Below are positions 6,926-12,537 of a stretch of 12,537 nucleotides of DNA, piece after piece. The notes beneath the pieces are model-generated. The model saw only the letters and a program-made list of their open reading frames with translations. It was not told where the DNA came from and did no database searches. The translations under genes were made by a program, and so were the position numbers. Each line of letters begins with the position of its first letter. The stretch's first letter is position 1. This DNA comes from Candidatus Heimdallarchaeota archaeon (GTDB lineage Archaea > Asgardarchaeota > Heimdallarchaeia > Heimdallarchaeales > Heimdallarchaeaceae), in assembly GCA_021399345.1 (NCBI GenBank), contig JAAFKI010000102.1, positions 1 to 12,537 of the forward strand, in the 5' to 3' direction.

Positions 6926-9063
6926 CAACTGATAAATTAGCCGTGGATCAAGGACTTCTCTATTATCTCATCAAACACATTCGTCCTGAACTCGCTCAGA
7001 AAATATCCGAAAAGAAAACAATTGAAACTATGATTGTTGGATTAGGAAGACAAGGAACTCGACACGCGCAACTTATGATGGAATATGGGACCAACGTTAC
7101 ATGTGGAGTAGCACCAGGCAAAGGTGGTACATATGTTCATGAAACTGTTCCTGTTTATGAATCTGCTGAGTCAGCAAAAAGGAAATACCCTGATATAGCT
7201 GTAGCAAGTATATGGAAACATTATTCTTCTGCTAAGGATGCTACAATTGAAGCTATTAGATCAGGAATTCCTATTGTTGTTCTAATTTCAGAATTTATTC
7301 CATTAAAGGATGTAAGAGACATTCTAGTTGAAGCTAGAAAACATAAAACAATCTTATTTGGTGGTAACACACCAGGAATAATATTTCCTCCAGAAGGAAT
7401 AAAAGTGGGTATGCTTCCAGATATTTTTCAGGCTCAAAAAACAGATAACAAAACTGGTCCCAAAGGAGTGACAATTTTATCGCGAAGTGGAGCTATTCTA
7501 TATCATTTATCTGATGCACTAGCTAGTGCAGGAATTGCTCAAAATGGAGTATTGGGTGTAGGGGGAGATGGAGCTATTGGTTCTCGTTTTATAGATCTTG
7601 TTTCAAGAATAATGCAATACGAGCACACAGATTTAGTTGTTATCGCTGGTGAAATTGGTGGAATGCAGGAAGAATTGCTAGCTCAAGACATGGAAGCAAA
7701 TCCAGAAAAATATCCAAAACCTCTAGTTGCATTAATATCAGGAGCCAATGCTCCGGAAGGAAAAACCATGGGGCATGCAGGAGCTGTAATTTCTCCTGGG
7801 CAAAGTTATGGTACCTATCAAACAAAGAAGGAATCCTTGGAAAAAGCAGGAGTAACTGTAGTAAACCATCAAAGAGATTTAATAGATGCTGTAAGGTCAA
7901 AATTAAATCGAATATATTTTGATATTGAGGAATATTACTCAAAAATGCGTAAAAAATGGGATGCTAGACCACCAGTGAAAACTTGGGGGACTTTAGTAAC
8001 TAATGTAATGCCAAACAATTTGATAATACGAGGATATCCTCTACAAGAAATTATAGCAGAAAAAGGATTTTTGGAAACGTCATATTTACTCCTTAAAGGA
8101 GAATTTCCTGAAGAAGCTCAACTTAAAGAGCTTGAAGATATTGCAAAAGAAGCAATAAAACAAGAATTCGCGGACCTTAAATCGATTACCATAAGTTCAG
8201 ATATTTCTAAAACTCTTGGAACATTGATGTTGGTCGATAATAAACTTGCAGATTTTGTAAGATTGAATTCTGAAGAAACAAAAATCGCTGCTTATACATT
8301 GGGAAGAGTATTGAAGTATTTTGCATATATTCTAGGCAATTTAGATCAACTAGAATCTTCTTCAGTTTCTGAAACATCATTCTCAGAAATGATATATATA
8401 GGATTGGTCAAAGAAAAAAACCCAGACACGCTTAAAGTTAAGCTGTTAGAAGCAATGATTACTGCTTGTGTAGATCACGGAATCACACCACCATCAGCTC
8501 AAGCAACAATAATTCTAGCGTCGACTAGAGCTAATTATGAAGTAGCTGTAGCTGGAGGTTTACAAGCAATTACTGATGTTCATGGTGGTGCAGGACAAAA
8601 GGCAGCTAAATTCTTCTTATCAGTTGTTGAAAAAGCTGAAAAAGAAAAATTGGAACTCGATGAATCCACCTTCAAATTGATACGTGAAACAATCAAAACC
8701 GGCAAAAGAATTGAAGGTTTAGGTCACCGTATTCATACACAAGATCCTAGAAGAGATGTTTTATGGAAACTTGCAGAAGATGCAGGATATGCAAAGAGTT
8801 GTGTTGATGTTTCAAAAATGATTAGTAGTGCTTTCCACCGCGTGCGAGGAATGAACCTCCCAATTAACGTAGATGGGGTTATTGCGGCGATTACAGCTGA
8901 CATGGGATTAGACCCAAAACTTGCAAAAGTTATTTTTGTATTTGGGAGAACAGCAGGACTGGCCGCACATTATTTTGAGGAAATTAATACTCAGCCTCAG
9001 ATGAGAAGGATTGCGTTTGATAAAGCTACTTACAAAGGACCATCAATTAGAGAAATTAAATAG
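6922..9063 (+). CDS. SucD-like CoA-binding/phospho-His subunit fused to a citryl-CoA lyase/citrate synthase-fold domain (ATP-citrate-lyase-like large subunit)
   Basis: N-half: GVAPGKGG, GGNTPG, SRSG, GVGGD, GEIGG, GKTMGHAGA (phospho-His at 7774-7776). C-half from ~7984: IRGYPL, DHGITPPS, HGGAG, GLGHRIH..DPR, PINVDG, GRTAGLAAHYFEE. ATGA overlap with the beta-like gene. Confidence 0.92.
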   Translation: MTTDKLAVDQGLLYYLIKHIRPELAQKISEKKTIETMIVGLGRQGTRHAQLMMEYGTNVTCGVAPGKGGTYVHETVPVYESAESAKRKYPDIAVASIWKHYSSAKDATIEAIRSGIPIVVLISEFIPLKDVRDILVEARKHKTILFGGNTPGIIFPPEGIKVGMLPDIFQAQKTDNKTGPKGVTILSRSGAILYHLSDALASAGIAQNGVLGVGGDGAIGSRFIDLVSRIMQYEHTDLVVIAGEIGGMQEELLAQDMEANPEKYPKPLVALISGANAPEGKTMGHAGAVISPGQSYGTYQTKKESLEKAGVTVVNHQRDLIDAVRSKLNRIYFDIEEYYSKMRKKWDARPPVKTWGTLVTNVMPNNLIIRGYPLQEIIAEKGFLETSYLLLKGEFPEEAQLKELEDIAKEAIKQEFADLKSITISSDISKTLGTLMLVDNKLADFVRLNSEETKIAAYTLGRVLKYFAYILGNLDQLESSSVSETSFSEMIYIGLVKEKNPDTLKVKLLEAMITACVDHGITPPSAQATIILASTRANYEVAVAGGLQAITDVHGGAGQKAAKFFLSVVEKAEKEKLELDESTFKLIRETIKTGKRIEGLGHRIHTQDPRRDVLWKLAEDAGYAKSCVDVSKMISSAFHRVRGMNLPINVDGVIAAITADMGLDPKLAKVIFVFGRTAGLAAHYFEEINTQPQMRRIAFDKATYKGPSIREIK

Positions 9064-9083
9064 GATGTTGATTGGAGAAAAGA

Positions 9084-9884
9084 ATGAAGAATCTAGCATT
9101 TGAGATAATTGGGGATATATTAATCATCAGGGATGATTCTGATGAAATTTCTTTGAAAAGCTTTGCAGAAGAAAAAATCCAAAAGCACTCTTTTATTAAA
9201 ACAGTATTACTTCAAACCTCCAAAATCCATGGACAAGAGCGAAAAAGAAAGATCAGGTATGTTATGGGAAAAAACAAATCAGAAACAATTCACAAAGAGC
9301 ATGGAAATTCATTCTTAGTAGATTTATCTGAAGTATTTTTCTCTCCTCGTTTGAGTTATGAAAGACAACGAATTGCTAATTTGATTGGAGAAAATGAGAT
9401 AATTCTAAATTTCTTTTCAGGAGTTGGTCCGTTTAGTATAGCTTTAGCATCGAAATGCAATTCATGTGTTGTTCATAGTATTGAAATAAACAAAACAGCA
9501 TATGATTGTCTTCTCAAAAATATTGAAACAAACAAATGTCAGGAAAAAGTTATCCCTTATTTCGGAGACGCTTTTGAGATTGTTCCAAAAATGTTTATCA
9601 ACAGTGTAAATAGGGTTTTGCTTCCTTTACCTCTAGATTCAGACAAAGCCCTCCCAATAGCTTATCAAACTTTGAAAGACGGAAGAGGAATTATTCATTG
9701 GCAAATTACAAAAAGAATAAGCTCAAAAGAGATAAGGGAAGAAATAATTATTGACAGAATTAATAGCATCCCCCATTCATACAATTTCTCCAAGAATTAT
9801 ACAATTACAGATATGAGATTAATTAGATGGTTAGGTCCAAAAATAGCACATATTGCAGTAGATTTAAGTTTCAAAGCTCCTTAA
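9084..9884 (+). CDS. Trm5/Taw2-family (Met-10-like) SAM-dependent tRNA G37/wyosine-pathway transferase, lacking the N-terminal D1 domain
   Basis: FEIIGDILII, TIHKEHG..F.VDL..VFFSPRLSYERQR, SAM motif FSGVGPFSI, IEIN..AY..L..N...NK, GDA, RVLLPLP. The ORF track starts at TTG 9072; ATG 9084 follows a GGAG. Confidence 0.88.
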   Translation: MKNLAFEIIGDILIIRDDSDEISLKSFAEEKIQKHSFIKTVLLQTSKIHGQERKRKIRYVMGKNKSETIHKEHGNSFLVDLSEVFFSPRLSYERQRIANLIGENEIILNFFSGVGPFSIALASKCNSCVVHSIEINKTAYDCLLKNIETNKCQEKVIPYFGDAFEIVPKMFINSVNRVLLPLPLDSDKALPIAYQTLKDGRGIIHWQITKRISSKEIREEIIIDRINSIPHSYNFSKNYTITDMRLIRWLGPKIAHIAVDLSFKAP

Positions 9885-10305
9885 TAGAACTAACATAATC
9901 TGCGTATTCCTCAAGTTCTTTGAAATAATCTTCTGATGTAAAGATATATTCATTTGAGTTATTAATATCTCGAATAATTTGTAAGAGATCCTGAAGAGAT
10001 AAAATTCCATTAGTAATTAATAAATCGAAATTTGCAATTAAACAGACAGCATTTTTCAAAACACTTAATGTATCAAGTAGAGTGTTCCGAACATTATTCA
10101 CTGCCTCATTAGATCCAATTGTTACATAGGGAATAGAGTCTTCTAGCTCTAAATCCGGAATCCAAGTAAAAGAATCATCAATAATGATTACCAATACAGG
10201 TTTTGAGTGCCCTTTTGCTCTTAAAATTGATCCTAATCCAGTATGAAAAGCTCCTTTTCTCACACCAAAATAGTAATGGGTTAAGTAAAGGTCAGTCATA
10301 AACAT
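9871..10305 (-). CDS. CobO/BtuR (cob(I)alamin adenosyltransferase)-fold protein, degenerate
   Basis: HYYFGVRKG...GLGSILRAKGHSKPVLVI aligns by eye with the family's hYTGxGKGKTTAAhGxAhRAxGHGxKV. The C-terminal GILSLQDLLQII...EYIFTS....ELEEYADYVS matches GLI..EEVL.....ELVLTGR.....L.E.AD.VT. Confidence 0.6.
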   Translation of the reverse strand: MFMTDLYLTHYYFGVRKGAFHTGLGSILRAKGHSKPVLVIIIDDSFTWIPDLELEDSIPYVTIGSNEAVNNVRNTLLDTLSVLKNAVCLIANFDLLITNGILSLQDLLQIIRDINNSNEYIFTSEDYFKELEEYADYVSSIKEL

Positions 10306-10312
10306 CTACTTA

Positions 10313-11722
10313 CTAATTAGATTGACTTTGTAATTTTGCCAAGTATCGCTTGTATCCATCTAGAGTGTCTTCAACTCTCAACATATGCCTTTCTGCTTTA
10401 ATTCGTAGTTCTTGCCATTCCTCTTCATCGATTTTCTCCGAATTTAGAGCATGTTCTAATTGTTGGATTCTCTCTATGGCCTTTTGTCTTCGGGTTCCGA
10501 GGTGTTTGATAACATTCTCAATATCTTCGAATTGAATAGGGGTTTTATCTGTTTCTCCAGCTTCTGCCTCAATAATTTTAGTTAATGCAGATTTCTCTTC
10601 TTCCGGTTCTAAATCTTTTTCCTTGGATACATGTGCTATCGTTTCCTTTATTGAGGATACAAAGTCAGCAGCTGTTTCTCTCTGCTCGGGGGACGATAAA
10701 ACTTGATTTAATCTAGATATAGAAGAACGAAACTCATGGACTTCAGCAATTTCTTTCTCACTTAATCCTTCTTCACTTATCACACTTTCTTCAATTGAAG
10801 GGGTGCTTGGAAGCGTAATTTCTCCTTCTTCTTCACTAATGGATATTAGTTTTTCTGTTAATGGAGAAATAACTGTATCATCTCCCGGATCCAAGGCAGA
10901 TAACAAACCTGCTAACTCCTTCAAAGCTTCTTGCTCTGTTTCAATATTTTGCATAAAGGGTTCTTGCTCAAATTCATATTGGGAAGCAAGTTCAATGCCT
11001 TCAATCAGGTCTTTAGCATCATCCATCAAATCCTTTTCAGGTTGCTCAGTTGTTTCTGAAATATCATCCAAAGGAGCAGAATCCACCGGTACAGAATCCA
11101 ATTCAACTTCTTCAATAATTTCTTGTTCTTTAATTTCCTCAACTTCAGGCTTTTCTGTTTCAGCTTCAATCAGTTCTTCAAAAACTTGAACATCAGAATC
11201 GTCTTGTTTTTTTTCCTCGTTTTGCTTTATAGGAATCTGTTTTGATGGTTCAATTTCTGTAATTTGAATATTACTTCTTTGGAGCTGTAACAAGGCTGTT
11301 GTTTGTTGTTTCAGCTTTTTTGTTTCTTCACGAATAGAATTAATGTTAAGCTCCAACGTTTCAAGTTTTGCATTAATGAACTGTAATGTATCATTTTCAG
11401 TACCACTGAATCTATGATATTCTATTTGTAACATATTTGCATATGTAATTACATTGTAAACTGTATCAATCATTTCAGGTAATTCTCTAAACCAAGGTCC
11501 TGCACTGTCGAATTTCAGAAGAATATCCTTAGCAGTCGAAAAATGCTTTTCGTACTCTTTTTGTTGCTCTGGTGGTAAACAAGTTTTAACATATGAGGAA
11601 AGAGTAGCCAGATTTGTTATAAGATGTGTTTTAACATCCTCCTCTTCTTCTGGATTGAATTTACCCTTTAGAACTCCCCAAAACATCGTTTTAATTTCTT
11701 CAATTGCTTTCTCAAGGCTCAT
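10313..11722 (-). CDS. Hypothetical acidic, coiled-coil / partly disordered protein, 469 aa
   Basis: Long ORF packed 2 nt and 7 nt from its neighbours; helical N-terminus, heptad segment, long E/D/P/S-rich middle and helical C-terminus. No family recognised. Confidence 0.85.
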   Translation of the reverse strand: MSLEKAIEEIKTMFWGVLKGKFNPEEEEDVKTHLITNLATLSSYVKTCLPPEQQKEYEKHFSTAKDILLKFDSAGPWFRELPEMIDTVYNVITYANMLQIEYHRFSGTENDTLQFINAKLETLELNINSIREETKKLKQQTTALLQLQRSNIQITEIEPSKQIPIKQNEEKKQDDSDVQVFEELIEAETEKPEVEEIKEQEIIEEVELDSVPVDSAPLDDISETTEQPEKDLMDDAKDLIEGIELASQYEFEQEPFMQNIETEQEALKELAGLLSALDPGDDTVISPLTEKLISISEEEGEITLPSTPSIEESVISEEGLSEKEIAEVHEFRSSISRLNQVLSSPEQRETAADFVSSIKETIAHVSKEKDLEPEEEKSALTKIIEAEAGETDKTPIQFEDIENVIKHLGTRRQKAIERIQQLEHALNSEKIDEEEWQELRIKAERHMLRVEDTLDGYKRYLAKLQSQSN

Positions 11723-11724
11723 TT

Positions 11725-12537
11725 TTAAAACCCTAAATTAATTGTTCTTCGTTTAGTGAAATCATGAGGTAATGAAGGCTCTAAATAAATTTTATCGATT
11801 TTTAAATCATCCTTCAGCTGAATAGTAACATCAAGTTTTTCTTTCGAATCAATGTTCCAGAAATATAGAGATGGTTTTATTCCTGATCGAGAATACTCAC
11901 TTAGTATAGAAAATGAACTTACCAGATGTTGATACTCAGGACTTTTTTTAGCAGGAAAAGATTCACTCCATGGATTCACATGAATGATTATATTGTTTGT
12001 AATCTTTGCTAATTCTGTGATATTTTGACCAAAGAACTCATTAGCTCCAGTAATAAAACCAGTTTCTTTATCAGCTTTTAATACAAAAGAAATATCGATA
12101 TTCTTTAGGTTTTTCACAGTATCTGTAATTTCTCTTAATGTTTGATTAATGTAAGTAGACCTTTCATCATTCCAATTTTCCATTAGGTCCCGGGATTCAA
12201 GATATTCAAAACTGAAATCTCTTTCAATATTCCACTTGCTCGCAAATAATCTCCTACATCTATCACAGAAACAAGTTCTTTTGCTTGCCAACATCAAATC
12301 GTCTAATACCAAATTTTCTATTGGGTAATGAGCTATTTCTGATGCTATAGCTGCTGAATATTTTACCAAATTTTCTTGGCTTGGACAAGAATATGAAGCA
12401 ATAGTAGCGCCATCGCTACTACTTAGTTGAAAATCAGTGTTTTGGGAAAGAAAACTATCCCCATGAACATAAGTAACCGCATCCACTTTTATTCCCATAT
12501 TGTCTGCAATTGTACAAAATGAATGAAAGAAGACACC
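11725..12537 (-). CDS. 5'-truncated putative glycoside-hydrolase-like TIM-barrel protein (GHL10/GHL6-like) with CxCxxC motif
   Basis: The frame is open from the window edge (GVFFHSFCTIADN-MGIKVDA...), so ATG 12498 is probably internal. The pattern GIKVDA...D...G....CPS.......EIAHYPIENLVLDD...CFCDRC...F resembles GHL-type barrels. Confidence 0.55.
   Translation of the reverse strand, partial: GVFFHSFCTIADNMGIKVDAVTYVHGDSFLSQNTDFQLSSSDGATIASYSCPSQENLVKYSAAIASEIAHYPIENLVLDDLMLASKRTCFCDRCRRLFASKWNIERDFSFEYLESRDLMENWNDERSTYINQTLREITDTVKNLKNIDISFVLKADKETGFITGANEFFGQNITELAKITNNIIIHVNPWSESFPAKKSPEYQHLVSSFSILSEYSRSGIKPSLYFWNIDSKEKLDVTIQLKDDLKIDKIYLEPSLPHDFTKRRTINLGF

Noticed and set aside
7640-7942. 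100 aa Leu-rich minus-strand ORF
   Set aside because: Antisense to the phospho-His region of the SucD-like gene; the Leu-richness follows from the A-rich sense strand.
5609-9063. Annotation as plain sucCD or canonical aclBA (evidence of rTCA autotrophy)
   Set aside because: The alpha-like chain carries a ~360 aa lyase domain absent from SucD, and the canonical ACL citrate-binding motifs are missing. Autotrophy cannot be inferred from this window.
706-9063. 2-methylcitrate cycle interpretation
   Set aside because: No PrpB, PrpD or PrpF is present. 2-Methylisocitrate is a tertiary alcohol that the encoded dehydrogenase could not oxidise.
10350-11189. Ser-rich + strand ORFs 10350-10535 and 10803-11189
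   Set aside because: Mirror of the Glu-rich (GAA) codons of the 469 aa minus-strand gene.
12496-12498. ATG 12498 as the start of the last gene
   Set aside because: The frame stays open for 13 more codons to the window edge and the barrel's N-terminal strands appear to be missing, so the gene is truncated by the window.

Overview
AT-rich, densely coding, probably archaeal window. The evidence is GGTG/GAGG-type Shine-Dalgarno sites, a T-tract terminator-like sequence and an archaeal Trm5-family gene; an Asgard/Heimdallarchaeia-like origin is only an impression. The + strand (121-9884) carries a tight cluster: HD-domain hydrolase, beta-hydroxyacid decarboxylating dehydrogenase, a divergent LeuC/LeuD-type [4Fe-4S] hydro-lyase pair, a second fused LeuC+LeuD-type hydro-lyase, a succinyl-CoA-synthetase-beta-like ATP-grasp subunit, a SucD-like subunit fused to a citryl-CoA lyase/citrate synthase-fold domain (ATP-citrate-lyase-like architecture), and a Trm5-family tRNA methyltransferase. 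A convergent - strand operon encodes a 5'-truncated GHL-like TIM-barrel protein, an acidic coiled-coil protein and a degenerate CobO/BtuR-fold protein. The main candidate for an undescribed system is the metabolic cluster. The dehydrogenase and fused hydro-lyase have fungal Lys12/Lys4-like (homocitrate pathway) motifs, and the dehydrogenase has an NADP-type fingerprint. One hydro-lyase has a rewired active site, and the ACL-like enzyme lacks canonical citrate-binding motifs. Together these suggest an ATP-dependent (homo)citrate lyase/synthase route with isomerisation split over two enzymes. All family and motif comparisons are from memory, not from searches. No RNA genes, CRISPR arrays or mobile elements were seen.
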